A stretch of DNA of 63,680 nt, counting the filler, from Asterionella formosa (taxonomy: Eukaryota), in assembly GCA_002256025.1 (NCBI GenBank). It is 15 parts of 15 records of this genome, joined end to end, with 100 filler letters (N's around TTAATTAATTAA, not from the genome) between each part and the next. Parts side by side here need not be neighbours in the genome. Positions count along the whole stretch, not along the records: positions 46,242 to 47,604 come from NKIB01002823.1; positions 47,705 to 49,067 come from NKIB01002824.1; positions 49,168 to 50,529 come from NKIB01002825.1; positions 50,630 to 51,991 come from NKIB01002826.1; positions 52,092 to 53,453 come from NKIB01002827.1; positions 53,554 to 54,915 come from NKIB01002828.1; positions 55,016 to 56,376 come from NKIB01002830.1; positions 56,477 to 57,837 come from NKIB01002831.1; 7 more parts are not named here. One strand, written 5' to 3'. Positions 46,835-59,778 of the stretch are shown here, piece by piece (positions within the stretch are counted from its first letter, which is position 1; each line of letters opens with the position of its first letter). The position numbers and the translations under genes are program-made. The notes beneath the pieces are model-generated. The model was not told where the DNA came from and did no database searches. It saw only the letters and a program-made list of their open reading frames with translations.

Positions 46835-47215
46835 CATCTAAGACGCGAAATACGCCACTTTTCGAAATTTCGTCTACGTATGAGTGTTAATTATGTGGTA
46901 CTTCACATGCATTAGTAATGCCACTCTTCACGTAAAAAAGATTACTTTTAACTGTTTCATGTGAAGTTTTCACAATGAATTTTGAACGCGAGACTGAATT
47001 AGTTGATGTTTCAAATAATTCATTTGACTTTTCGAAATTTCGTTTACGTACGAGTGTTAATTATGTGGTACTTCACATGCATTAATGCCACTCTTCACGT
47101 AAAAAGGTTACTTTTAACGGTTTCATGTGAAGTTTTAACGGTTTCATGTGAAGTTTTCACAATGAATTTTGAACGCGAGACTGAATTAGTTGATGTTTCA
47201 AATAATTCATTTGAA
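46835..47215. mobile_element. Left end of a TA-flanked TIR element with a ~170-bp internal tandem duplication
   Basis: Terminus TA|CATCTAAGACGCGAAATACG. 46857-47025 is repeated at 47027-47213. Confidence 0.6.
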
Positions 47216-47754
47216 AGTTCAACTAAGATCCTGCTCTTGAGGCTAATACATTCGCAACACGCATTTTACTTAATGAAATAGTAAGGTTATTTGTGGTGTC
47301 TAATGTCATCCATCTGAGATCAAAGTTTTACGGTTGTACACATCACATGAAGAACTCACACTTACCGGTAAAAAAGCTCCCTCTTCCCAGTTTTCATGTT
47401 ATGTAGGTTATTACCGGTACTATGTAAATGTACTAGCTACTAGCCAGTGGTAGGCAACCCAATTTTTTTACGTGATTATTATTAATCAAAATCAACACTG
47501 GTGGAATTATGTCTACTGATGAGGATGGTACCAGGTAGTATTGTTTGCCAAATATGTGCCGAACAAGGTCCATTATTTTAGCTACCTGTTATTCTTATTT
47601 TTCTNNNNNNNNNNNNNNNNNNNNNNNNNNNNNNNNNNNNNNNNNNNNTTAATTAATTAANNNNNNNNNNNNNNNNNNNNNNNNNNNNNNNNNNNNNNNN
47701 NNNNAAATGCAAACACACAACAATCACCCATCACCCATCACAACACCAACACCA

Positions 47755-49050
47755 TGACCTCGAAAGCGCCTCGACAAGGCAATGCCTTGCCTCGAAAGAA
47801 ATTGTCTCCTGAAGAGTTGGTCAGTGTTCAGTTTTGTCTTAACAATGTGATTAGGGAGCTATAAGCTAAGAAGGCTAAGAATGGTGGAAAAATGCCTTAT
47901 GGTGCTATTTCTAGGACAGTATCAGCTAAGCAATGCATTTTCCCTTGGATATCTGTTAACCAAGTGAAGAATGAACTAAAACAAAGTGCTAAACTAGAAG
48001 TTAAGTCTAGTACTACTAGTATGTATACTACTTCTGGTTCGTCCCTCTTTCAGCCATCAACTGCAACCATGGTGTCTACATTGACACCTGACCATTGTGG
48101 CCCTACTAAACCCCAACTCTTGAATGCTGATGGCAGCTTTGCCTTGTTATTTCCCAGTAATCTCATTCATAATTCATATAAAATTGTCGAGGAGGAAGAA
48201 GATGACAACAATGAAGGTGTGAGTGAGCATTATGATAGTCAGTTTACAATGGGCACTTTGGCATATGAAACTGGAAACAATGGTGTGCTTACCTGGGGAA
48301 GTTTGGAGGCAAATACAAAAACAACGAAAACAAACAAGGAGGACATGAGTAGTACAACTATACAACTGTTGGTGGACGGCCCAAAGGTGCCACCATTGCT
48401 ACCACCATTAGCAACAAACCCCAGATGCAAAATGCATTGATTGAAGCAACAGATGAGTACATGAATAAAATGCTAGACAGCAAAAATAACAACAAACGTA
48501 CCTCCAAAGGAACAATTTCTTTGATCATTGATGCTGCCAAGGAAAGGAATGGAATACCTGCAAATTCTGCCACACCAAACAAGAAAGCAATTTATGAACA
48601 AGGATGGTATCCCCTGAACTATAATGTCTTGCTTCACCCTGAGATTCAACTAGTAACCCAACCACGACACAACAGAACATCAATGCGCCCACAGAGACTG
48701 CCACTCTCCCTCCTGATGAGTTAAACCTCCAAACTGGCTTTTCTGGAAAAATCGTTGGAAGAATTAACAAGTTTTGCAAATGCGAGGATGTGCGAAATGG
48801 AATCGACCGGGACGCCGCCCAAGCTAGTAGACAGAGAAGGGAGACAGCGGATTCACACATTGAGGGACACAAGAAGAGGATAGCAGCAGGACTTCTGGCC
48901 TCTGCACAAACCTTTACCCTTGGGCCAAATATTCTTGCTGTTACACTGGAACGGAAGCGAATTTCAGACATTGTCATTAGTACAAAAGAAACAAAAAGGC
49001 AACAAGAATTCAATACACTTCGCGGAAAAGTACTTACATTGAAGGAATAG
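47755..49050 (+). pseudogene. Decayed, internally deleted transposase-like gene
   Basis: MPYGAIS..FPWISVNQV, GGRPKGAT (frameshifted, about 48372), KAIYEQGWYPLNYNVLLHPEI and KKRIAAGLLASA..LGP. Homologous to 9733-10281, with stops and frameshifts. Confidence 0.6.
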
Positions 49051-49168
49051 AACAGAACAAAACAAAANNNNNNNNNNNNNNNNNNNNNNNNNNNNNNNNN
49101 NNNNNNNNNNNTTAATTAATTAANNNNNNNNNNNNNNNNNNNNNNNNNNNNNNNNNNNNNNNNNNNNT

Positions 49169-49837
49169 CACTTAGGGCGAGAGTGCACCGTTTGTATTCT
49201 CTGTGATGCAGCCTTTCGCCAAGATATGAATGTTAGACTTCCTCAGCCTGGTCATGTCATGACAACCAGTCGACAAAACAACACCAATCCTCGAGGTGGA
49301 GCGAGATCCACCAACAGTCGGGAAACTCTTGCCAATGGAAGTGTTTATCCTAACCCCAATGCTGGTGGAGGACGAGCAAACAACAATGGACGCGGAGAAC
49401 AACGCTTCAATAATGCTCGGGGCACTGAGAACAATGCTGGTGGTGGTAATGTAGTCGGTTCTTGTTATAAATGTGGCCAACCTGGCCACTTTAGCAACAA
49501 CTGCCCGAACAACAGCAACGCCGCCGCTGCTGCTATCGGAGGAGGCGGCGGTGCGATTTCTTGTTTCAAGTGTGGTCAACTGGGGCACTTCAGCAACAAT
49601 TGTCCAAGCGGCAATACTTCCAGCAACAGCGAACGCGTTGGTGGAAGTATTTCCTGCTTTAAGTGTGGTCAGCCAGGTCACTTTGCCAGCAGCTGCCCAA
49701 ATCAAAACGATTGTCTCACCCTTGGAGGGCGAAATCGGGACGATGCCGGCGGAGGCGGAGGGAACTCTTGCTTCAAATGTGGACAACAAGGTCACTTTGC
49801 CAACAACTGTCCAAAGCAACAAGGCAGAGCTAAATGA
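49169..49837 (+). CDS. 3-prime part of a gene ending in four CCHC zinc knuckles with Gly/Asn linkers; possibly the C-terminus of topoisomerase III alpha
   Basis: Four C(F/Y)KCGQxGHFxxxCP motifs. The frame is open back to the gap and reads HLGRECTVCILCDAAFRQDMNVRLP, so the Met at 49226 is probably internal. Confidence 0.7.
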   Translation, partial: HLGRECTVCILCDAAFRQDMNVRLPQPGHVMTTSRQNNTNPRGGARSTNSRETLANGSVYPNPNAGGGRANNNGRGEQRFNNARGTENNAGGGNVVGSCYKCGQPGHFSNNCPNNSNAAAAAIGGGGGAISCFKCGQLGHFSNNCPSGNTSSNSERVGGSISCFKCGQPGHFASSCPNQNDCLTLGGRNRDDAGGGGGNSCFKCGQQGHFANNCPKQQGRAK

Positions 49838-51319
49838 TGGTGGTGACCGGAGCCACGATTACCAATCTGGAGGAGGCGGACTCTCATACTTCAAAAAATG
49901 CTGTCAACCGGGTCGCTTTGAAAGCAAGGTGCTCGAACCAGCTAACAATTTTGCAGAACAACCTTAGTATAGGGTGACGTTATCAGTTGAGTTAGCGATC
50001 TTTTTTGCTACTGTCCTACCCTTCAGAGCCGAAGTTAAGATGAAACCTCAATAGATTCGAGTTTTTGATTTTTTTGACGTCGATCATCAAGATCGTCAAT
50101 CTACCTGATCAAAAACTGAACAAAGATGAATCGATTTCCTACACATTCATTTGGTAAATTCGTGTTTCCTTAGCATGGATAGAAAGTAACCTTTTCTTTG
50201 GTAAACCTTCATCCCTAGACTCTTCCCGTGTTGAGCAACATCAAAAGAACATTGTTTGTTTTGACAGGTGTTAGGTCGACGACCGTGCTGCTCGCATTTG
50301 AAGCACGAATTTTTAGGGGATGATAGTGACATGTATGGAAGAATATATACTATGGGAGACTTGACTCACCCTTTTTGTAGTGATCTCTCTATACAATTTC
50401 ATGCTAATAAATCTATTTCGCTTCCAATCTCCCTCCATTCCCTCACTCCCTCCACTGAGGCTGGCAAACAGGACCACAGACCCAAAGTCGTGGCAATGAA
50501 GTCACACGGGGGCACAACGGCATCTGTTGNNNNNNNNNNNNNNNNNNNNNNNNNNNNNNNNNNNNNNNNNNNNTTAATTAATTAANNNNNNNNNNNNNNN
50601 NNNNNNNNNNNNNNNNNNNNNNNNNNNNNTGCTTCGTCAGCAAAAGGCAAGGTGGCATCAATACTCTTCTTTTTTGCAGTTAGAGAAGGTTTTACTGCAC
50701 TTACGTGATCACATTGGCTGCCTTTCTTGATATCCTTTTTATCGTCGTTCATAGTGCTGATTGAATATTGTGTTTAACGAACAGGATAACCACAACAGTA
50801 AGAAAAGATTATGTGAAGAATATAATATAAAGCATTAATCAAAACAGCAAAATATCGGAAGCAATATTGCTCAAGGGAGGTTCGGGAAATGAAGATTGTC
50901 GGTTTGAACTTTTTTACCGAAAGGTTATTACCATGGGTATAAGAAGGCTATGTTTCGCTTTATCCCAGAGGCAGAAATCTTGAAATCCTTCTTTCAAGGC
51001 TTGTTTCTGCAGGGACAGTATATTTAACAATTGCACAGGTCTCGGTACCTGGTACCTGGTGAAGGCGCTTTTACCTGCTAGGAGCACCAGGTTACCCTGG
51101 TGTCACCCTGGTTGGTACCTGGCTCAAAGCCATTGATAAATTTTTTATCATACAAGTGGTTATTTTTATAGGCGACGGTTAGAAAATATTATATCGTTTG
51201 CATGTTTTTTCATTTGTAGTTGTTGCATCGTTTTTAGACTGATGGTGTGCTTGTTGGTTCTCTCTCCTCGTATTTTTTGCAGTAGTTGTTGCATCATTCT
51301 TAGACTTGTGGTCCTCCCA

Positions 51320-51900
51320 TCATATCTTCTTTTTATGTAATGGGAGCAACCAAAGGGTGCTGAGGAAGTGGCTCCGCTGGTGCTGCAGCATCGCCACGCA
51401 TCTCATGGTGTCATTGAATCTAGTAAGTAGCAGTTGTTTCGTTGTTGGTAATGGAAGATTGCCTGCTTGCTTGTAACTCGTTGCCATTGTTTTCGTTTGT
51501 TCTACTGTCCACACAGCTGACTGTTTGTTAAGCGATCTGATTGCATAACCTTTGTTTGCAAGCGCCATGTGCGCATCTATTTTCAGATTCTCTCGCTCAC
51601 TCTTCTGCACTTCTTCCGCATGCTTCTTCCTTTTTAGCTGGTCATCGACCACTTCAGGACCCAACAAGTACCTGCCTGCAGCGACATGAAGACCAGATGA
51701 GTATCGTTTATTTCTTGCAATCGCCATTAGTACTGTTTCTTTTTGTTGGCGGGCAAGTTTGTCCAGATTTATTCCGTTTCTAGCACCCTCACGATTGCGG
51801 TACTACTGTATTTTCTGATCAACAAGGGTTGCGGTGATGCCTTGGCTCACTCAAGTTTAGTCTGGATGAGGGAATGGAAGAGGCGGGTTGATTATTGTTT
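51320..51900 (-). pseudogene. Decayed copy of the same transposon-type C-terminal region as 9733-10281
   Basis: AIARNKRYSSGLHVAAGRYLLGPE..AIRSLNKQ..WTVEQTKTM..PLPTTKQLLLTR. Confidence 0.65.
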
Positions 51901-54900
51901 GCTTCTGTCTGCAGATTTGAGGTACTTGTCAGTTGAATTTCCGGATGGAGCAGCAACAAGTTGTAGTTCAATAGACCCCAACCTCTTTCAGNNNNNNNNN
52001 NNNNNNNNNNNNNNNNNNNNNNNNNNNNNNNNNNNTTAATTAATTAANNNNNNNNNNNNNNNNNNNNNNNNNNNNNNNNNNNNNNNNNNNNGTATGTTGT
52101 TATCCTTCATCAATGGGACCACTGGAACTTGAGAGGACATCAACAATATTAATTCTAATTGGACTCTTTTTGAATTCAAAGTGAAGTATCTAACTAGAAG
52201 TAGTAGTATTTGTTGAATATATGAGCTTATTTGTTAATCCTTGCTTGTGTGTAACTCGTTCTCTATGTCGATACCAAAGTATACAATGAGGGTTAGTCGA
52301 GTTCTCTCATTATTGAGTTCTGATACATATATCATATAACACTAACCCTATATACATCTGTATTGATGTGCAAGATCGCTCACCTGGTACCAGCAAGTTG
52401 CGTCAATTGTGCTGAAACTAAACGTTTAGCTATCTTTATCCCATATTAAATTGCTTATTTAAGCAAAATGACATCAGTTTGCAGGTACTCACTGTCAACT
52501 CCTTGTTGTTGCTGTTCAAATAGCCTACTACAATTTCGAACACCCTACCAAATATTCGATTGGTTATATATATACTTATGATTAGACAACAATAAACCAT
52601 CGCCAACATTGGGAGGGAAGTGAACAAATGGCATGATGATTCCATTGCCACCAAATGACACACGATTCAACAAATCACAGACGAACTCATAAAATTAACA
52701 TCATGGAGTCATACATTAAATCAACTCCACAGTCATTTACATGCATCTTGAAGAGGTCTGCTCGATTGTAGTTTGAATAGATCAGACAAACAAATATGTT
52801 CACTGTGTTGCAAGCCAAGTGAAGAGAGGATGATGGCCTGATGCGGCCTTATGGGCTTCAAATGTTGGTGCACAATTGGGAGTGCTGATCCCAAAGGTCC
52901 ATCCAAAAGTCTCACGTAAATACTGCATGTCAAGCTGTGATACTAACAGTATGTACAACATGAACTGCCAGCTGTGCGGTAAGTAGCTTCTTGGAATATT
53001 TGTAGGGGCCACTGATACCCTTGCATGGCTGCTGATACACATACATACACTTGGCTCATTGTCGCTTCTTCTTGTTTTGCTGTTCTGCATCTGCACTTGA
53101 TGTTCTAAAAAGTTTTCGTTCCATATACTTCCAATCTTGTTATGTGACCCCATCAAAAGTAAGTGTTACATATGGTTACAAAAAGATCCGCTTGGATGAT
53201 AAGACCTTGATAGTAGCAAAACAAACTTTCAATAAAAATCCAAATATCTCCTTAGAATATGTTTGATTGTTTTTCATTTTCTGCGATAACGTCATTCATA
53301 ATTTCACATAAATCTTCCTCTTCATTCATGAATCTCCGGTAGCACCAGGCGGCGTTAGTGATTCAATGGGGGGGGGGAGACTGTATGGGAGAGGACTGAT
53401 GATGAATGAAACAGGAAGAATATTTCATGGACATGATGTGACGGAACCCACGCNNNNNNNNNNNNNNNNNNNNNNNNNNNNNNNNNNNNNNNNNNNNTTA
53501 ATTAATTAANNNNNNNNNNNNNNNNNNNNNNNNNNNNNNNNNNNNNNNNNNNNTATGCATACCTATTTTGGCAAGAGCAAGCCATTTTGAGTATGAGCAA
53601 GCAAGTCTTGAAATATTCCGGGAAATTCTTTATAGTCATTCATGTCTAAACATCTTTTTATATAATGCACTGTTATTTATTATAACTGTAAAAAATTTGT
53701 GTTTGTGTTGACCAAATTTGGTAATCCTGGTAAGCACCCCGAGGTGCTTACCAAATTTTGGGGTTATGGGTACAACGATTTGTGTTATAATACACATGAT
53801 ATAATAATTTTTTATTATCAGAGCGCGCCCAGTAGCAATAACAAATGACGAAACGAAAACAAATAATTCAGCCGGCCAGCAGGATGCTTCCGGTGCACCG
53901 GTGAACCGAGCTGGGTACCTAGTACCTGTTACCACGTAGCCGGCACCTAACGATTTACTGTAGATCAACATGGCAAAACAGTAGTGTGTATGGCTGGTTG
54001 CAACCTGAAGATCAATATAGTAGGATACGTTGGCCTCAGTATAGATTTTCTTTTGCATTCAATAATTAGGAGTAAAAAATTGTGACGCATACAAAAATTG
54101 ATGCAAATTCTTTGATATAAAAATAGGAAAAAGATATTTCGTCCCCCTCTTTTTAGAAACCCTTAAACCCTAGCCTACATAGCCTTCATATAAACCACCA
54201 ATTTTTTTTTGCTAGTACACGGAAATCAGTTGGCTTGATGACACTGCCGTGACGGCTGCTACTCATACTACACATGCACATCATTGTGTTCAAATTGACT
54301 CTGATGGCCTCAACCAAAGCAGTCAGAGCCTATTGAGGACAATACAGAGGAGGGACTGGACGGCCCTGTACAGGCGTTCTACGGCGCTGTAATTCGAAGA
54401 TACAGAGCGCATTTGTGCACTTGAATGATCACCCCTCGACCCTCAGTCTACATGATGTTAAGGCGAGATGATTGTGGAGTTCATCATCTTTGCTGGCTTC
54501 CATTAAAAGATCAACAGAAGGGAAAGCGACGTTACCTCCCAACGATGTTATGTCAACTCAAGGTGAATCTTTGGGAAGCAAATGCAACAAATGGAATCAT
54601 CAATGGATCTGATGCTGCTCAGCTCGCAGTTCATTTGGAACAATTTTGTAGTGTGATATACAGGAATATAGAGTGTATAAACTGCAATTGTTGAAAGCAC
54701 AAAATCGGTTGGACGAACATGAACTGAAATCAGCAAAGCGCAACCTTAATGACTCTCTAAGTCAAATGATGAAGAACCGATGACCAGGAAAAATTGCACA
54801 GATTGTGGATGCTTTGGAAAATGAAAGTGAAGATGGAACAGAAAGCAACAGCGAAGATGAGAATGACAGGAGGTATCAACCTGATTATGACAATAATTTG

Positions 54901-55016
54901 AACAAGTCATTAGAANNNNNNNNNNNNNNNNNNNNNNNNNNNNNNNNNNNNNNNNNNNNTTAATTAATTAANNNNNNNNNNNNNNNNNNNNNNNNNNNNN
55001 NNNNNNNNNNNNNNNT

Positions 55017-56375
55017 CTTCGTTCTGCCCTCAACTCCACTGGTTTTCACATGGATTTACTTCCGCAAGCTGTGGACTTACTGTATGATGCCGATCTTCGT
55101 GAGACTCCTATCGATGGGGACTTGCTCTCCTCCTTGCACATCACCTTTGGGACTGTGTTTGTCAAGAATATCTTTAGCTTTATCACCGTGATTGAGGGGT
55201 AATACATCTGGAGAGGATAGTACCGCGTACAGTGTATTACTGAACCGTTGATGTTCACTATCAAAGTGTTCAGCAGTAGCAGCGATGGAGAATTTAGGCC
55301 CAAACAGGACGGGATTTGCCGCGTGTGAGGTGAGGAATGATTACCCAAGTGAATTGCATTGGTCGATCTGTGCGTTCGTGGGGTTGGCAGGTACTGCAGC
55401 AATGATTTAAGTTTTGAATATAGACCTTCAACTTGGAGACGTAGAGGAACTGCGCGCGCTTTCCGATGAGTAGAATAAAGACGTAGATCATCAGATTTGA
55501 GAGAACGCAATGCAAATAATTCTTCTTGAAGGTAGTGAGCATTGGAGCCTAAGCCTTGAAGGTAATGCAATGGGATATCAACTGGCCGAAAGGTAGAATG
55601 CTCAGGATAAAGGTATAAGAGTTCAAGCCATCGCGTATAGTTGGTGTTGTACTTGGTCAGAGCATCAAGGACCGTTTGATTGCCTGAAATGGTATATTGG
55701 GGAGCTGAAGCAGTATGTTGTGCAAAGCCAGGCGCAAAGTTATCACGAAGACCAGGGTGAAAAAGAAGCATTAAGTCTTGTAGTACACCAAACCCACGAA
55801 CGCACAGATCGACCAATGCAATTCACTTGGGTAATCATTCCTCACCTCACACGCAGGTATTAATCCCTGCAATTGATGTTGAACACACTTTGGAATGTGC
55901 TCTTGCTGGCAGCTTATCTCTTGATCCTACGCAACATCCTATTCATTCCCTCATTGTCTCTGCTATTCAACGAGCTCGCTCAGCAAATCCACATGGTGCA
56001 TGCCAGTACTCTTGGTGTGGTGTCAAACATGATCCCCTTTGTTGTTGTATTTGTTTTGGGACAAACCATAAGACGCCAGATTGCTGGCACCTCAATGGAC
56101 TATCTGACACCAGGAAAGAGCTATTAGTCAAAGCAAAGACTGCCCAGGCGGCTCAACTCCCACCTTTTGACAGTACCCCATCAACTCTTCGTGCATCTCG
56201 TCAATATCTACAGACAACATCTTCACCCTCTCGTGCACTACATGTCAACGCAATCTCATCCACAACCCATGAAGAATCACATGCACCACTAGTTGATTCC
56301 TTGCTCGATGAGGTGCGATCTACTTCAGCTGCAGATTTCGCTTCATCTCTTGAGCCTACTCCCCATGTCTACAGT
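55017..56375. mobile_element. Rearranged Copia-like gag fragment (blocks in +,-,-,+ orientation)
   Basis: The reassembled frame contains DGFGVLQDLMLLFHPGL and a CICFGTNHKTPDC (CX2CX4HX4C-type) knuckle. A 62-bp exact inverted repeat lies at 55321-55382 and 55793-55854. Confidence 0.7.
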
Positions 56376-56476
56376 TNNNNNNNNNNNNNNNNNNNNNNNN
56401 NNNNNNNNNNNNNNNNNNNNTTAATTAATTAANNNNNNNNNNNNNNNNNNNNNNNNNNNNNNNNNNNNNNNNNNNN

Positions 56477-57837
56477 CACCTGCGGGGACCAACCAATGGG
56501 CCAATGCCCCTGCACAACCAGCATTGTTTGATCCGTATGCTGCCCCAGTTCAGCCTGCATCTATTGCTAACCCTCCACAACCGCAACCCAACTATGATAC
56601 GCACCAGCAAGTACCCTTGACGATGGAATTGGTGCCTAATAACTACCAGCAACCACCGCAACAGCTCGCCGCTCCACCAGAACCCGTGACTTTTGATGAT
56701 CCACCCCATCACGAAGCAATAGTTCCATATGATGTGCAGGGTGAACATAGAAATATCGAATCACGTGGTGAAATTTTCCCCTATCAGCCACAAAACGAAT
56801 TAGGCACTGACATTGTCGTTGGTGGCGTACCCGAGCCACCTATTGGTTCGCCTATCAACAAATACAGTCACGTTTTGGCGCAAAATGCTCCTCCAGGTTC
56901 CGCTCCTTTACCTAAGGGTGACCTTGTCCTCAAGTCTGGATATGTTCTAGGTCGTATTTCATTTCGCACTGTATTGATGAAGAAATGGAAGCAGGTATAT
57001 TGGGTCCAGTACGGACCTCACACTATGCTCTGGTTTCGTTCGTATGCTGATTTTGACGACTGGTTGAATAATCCCTATCTCACCCAGGATCAACGCAACT
57101 ATCTTATCAAGTTAGCAGTCAATTTCGTCCATGATTTGTACAAACCCAATGTGCGAGGATATCAGGTGACTCAAGCTCGATCAAAGGCGTATGGCAGGAA
57201 AATGCTAAAGCAATTCAAGTTGGAGCGTTGGATGGACTATGGCCCAACTATTGCTGGTGCGTTCGCATCGCATGATGCCAACGAGATTGATGACTTGCGA
57301 CAAGCCATTGTGGAATGCATGAGAAATACTCCTCTTGGTGATGGCATACGTGCAACTGGCGCTGTACGCCAAGAACAATCATATGGTGAAGAAACGGAGC
57401 AGTATGCTCAGAATCGACGGTCATACGAAGCGCGAGACGATGATTCTCATGTCCATCCTTATTCAAACAATCGTGAGTGCAACTGAGCGTTTGATTTTGT
57501 AATTGATACGTTTATTTTCTAATCCGATCTTTCTACAGATGCTTACGGGGGACAAGGTGCTCCATCCCCCATTGAGACTATTCCACCTAAAGAAGTCGAC
57601 TTATTAGGTGGCTTTGATGGTGACGATGATGGATCAATTAGTAATTATAGTCAGGGCCCCGGGTTCTATGGCGTGAACGGATTTGAATCAGCTCAGCGAG
57701 CACCACAGGGATACGCTTCACAACACCAGCAGGTATCTCATCATCAAGGGTACCCTCCACGGCCACAGCAGGTAGCATCGCCAGCTCCCCACCTAGGATA
57801 CCCTCCGCAACCACAGCAGGTAGCACTGCCAGCTCCC
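56477..57837 (+). CDS. Partial gene (both ends in gaps): Pro/Gln-rich protein with a PH-like domain; intron 57473-57538
   Basis: LVLKSGYVLGRISFRTVLMKKWKQVYWVQYG..LWFRS resembles a PH-domain start. A GTGAGT..CTACAG phase-1 intron keeps the frame into the 57673 ORF. Confidence 0.72.
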
Positions 57838-57937
57838 NNNNNNNNNNNNNNNNNNNNNNNNNNNNNNNNNNNNNNNNNNNNTTAATTAATTAANNNNNNN
57901 NNNNNNNNNNNNNNNNNNNNNNNNNNNNNNNNNNNNN

Positions 57938-59298
57938 TACCCAGACCGTGATTTCGCCGTCATCGAATCACTAACACTCGTTTCTTTATTCCAATTGCCA
58001 CAGAAATCGGTGTCTGCCCAAACAACAAATGAATGATCATCCGGAAGCAGGATTATTCCCTGATCGGCAGTGCCAATCAAATATCGGACAATGTTCCGCA
58101 CAGCCACAGCGTGGGAGGCCTTGGGATTAGCGGAGAATCGAGCGCATTGATGAACCGCATACGCAATATCCGGTCGAGTGGACTTTTCCAAGAAATTGAG
58201 CTTCCCAATAATGGATCGGTATGACCAGTGCTCAGCAAAATCCTCACCATCAATGTCTCGCTGCAGAATGATCGTAGAGGATGCGGGAACTCCCTTGGAT
58301 TTCGTGGTATTCGTAAAGCCAATATCACTGGCAATGGCCGCTATGAGGTGGGGTTGTGTAAGGGAAATTGAGTTCGAATCAGCAGACAGCGTCACCTTGA
58401 TCCCTAAGTAGTCGGAGATATTCCCTTCATCTGTCAGGTTAAAACTAGCCCGCATGAGCTCGATGCATTCGTCAATCAGTCGAGCTTCTGGACTGATAAA
58501 AATCCCATCATCCACATACACCATGAATATAGTAACCCCTTTATAGAACACACACTCATCTGCGTCACTCTGTATAAATCCAATAGCCAGCAAACCTCTT
58601 TTCAAATGCTGCGACCAAGTTCTCCCAGCTTGCTTTTGTCCGTAAATGTTCTTCAGGATCTTGAGACAGTGGTCCGTTCGACCTCCCTCCGGCATCTCAA
58701 ACCCATGTGGAATTTCCATGTACAAATCACACTCCACATCCGCTTGGGGATAGGCCAGAGTAAAATCAATCTGCCTAGTACTCCAGCCATGCATCAGTGA
58801 CAGCACAAGCAGCAACCGGATAGGTGGCCAGGAAAGGGTTGCAGCATAGGTTTCCCAGTAATTAACTCCGTATTCTTGTTTACCACCATGTAAATTCAAC
58901 CTGGCTTTCCACTTATAGACCTCCCTTGAGGCAATACGGCGTTTTCTTTTCATTGCCCACATGCACGGGAGGATTTTGGTCCCTAAAGGGACCGCTGACT
59001 TGGGCACCACCTTCCAGTGATGATTGTTATGATGGGCCATAACTTCAGCCTCCATAGCGGCTATAAACTGTTTCCTGTCTGGCTCCCTCAGAGCCTGGTC
59101 GGCGCGCAATGTGTCAGGGTCGGAGGTTTTGGCCACGAAAGCTATTGGATCATCCATCATGACTTGTAGTCGATATTCCTCATCACCATCTATGTCTTCA
59201 AGCACCGTAGAGGAGCATAGAAAACCCTGTTCCACGCTTTCTTGGAGTCGACGGGAAGGCTTGTGTCGCTGTGACCAACGCACTCCTGCCGCAGGAGG
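57938..59298 (-). mobile_element. Ty1/Copia pol fragment (RT and start of RNase H), frame intact
   Basis: WAMKRKR..KWKARLN.HGGKQ, IDFTLAYPQA, IYGQKQAGRTW, YVDD, YRSIIGKL..TRPDIAYAV and WADTDFCG..AKSRSG. Confidence 0.95.
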
Positions 59299-59778
59299 NN
59301 NNNNNNNNNNNNNNNNNNNNNNNNNNNNNNNNNNNNNNNNNNTTAATTAATTAANNNNNNNNNNNNNNNNNNNNNNNNNNNNNNNNNNNNNNNNNNNNGA
59401 TGAGAGCATTGTAGAACATTCTGTAGCCACTTAAGATATGATAGAATCATAGAACCATTCTTAGCTAAATATAGTTCTAAATTTCGATCAATTTCATCCT
59501 ATTTTAGACAGTGATATCGATGAGAATTACGATCATGCTAAGATAGATGTATGACAAAAGTATACACATCATATGACCATGTTTAACTAATTCTATGATG
59601 CAATGGTATTATCACTATGATAGAATCATCATACTTCAAGCTCGGTAAAAGTTTACTGCATCATCATAATTAAATGATACATTGATCATATTTTTGATCG
59701 AAAAACTGTCATATATGTGAAAATCCTGTGCAACTTAGCGTACGATACCCTTGATCATATTTTCATGATATTTTTTAT

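Noticed and set aside
52740..53156. Possible LINE remnant (YLRETFGW)
   Set aside because: The similarity is too short and degraded to support a call.
55046..55816. 256-aa minus-strand ORF as a standalone gene
   Set aside because: It is a composite of rearranged gag blocks. Its last third is read in the wrong frame across a junction.
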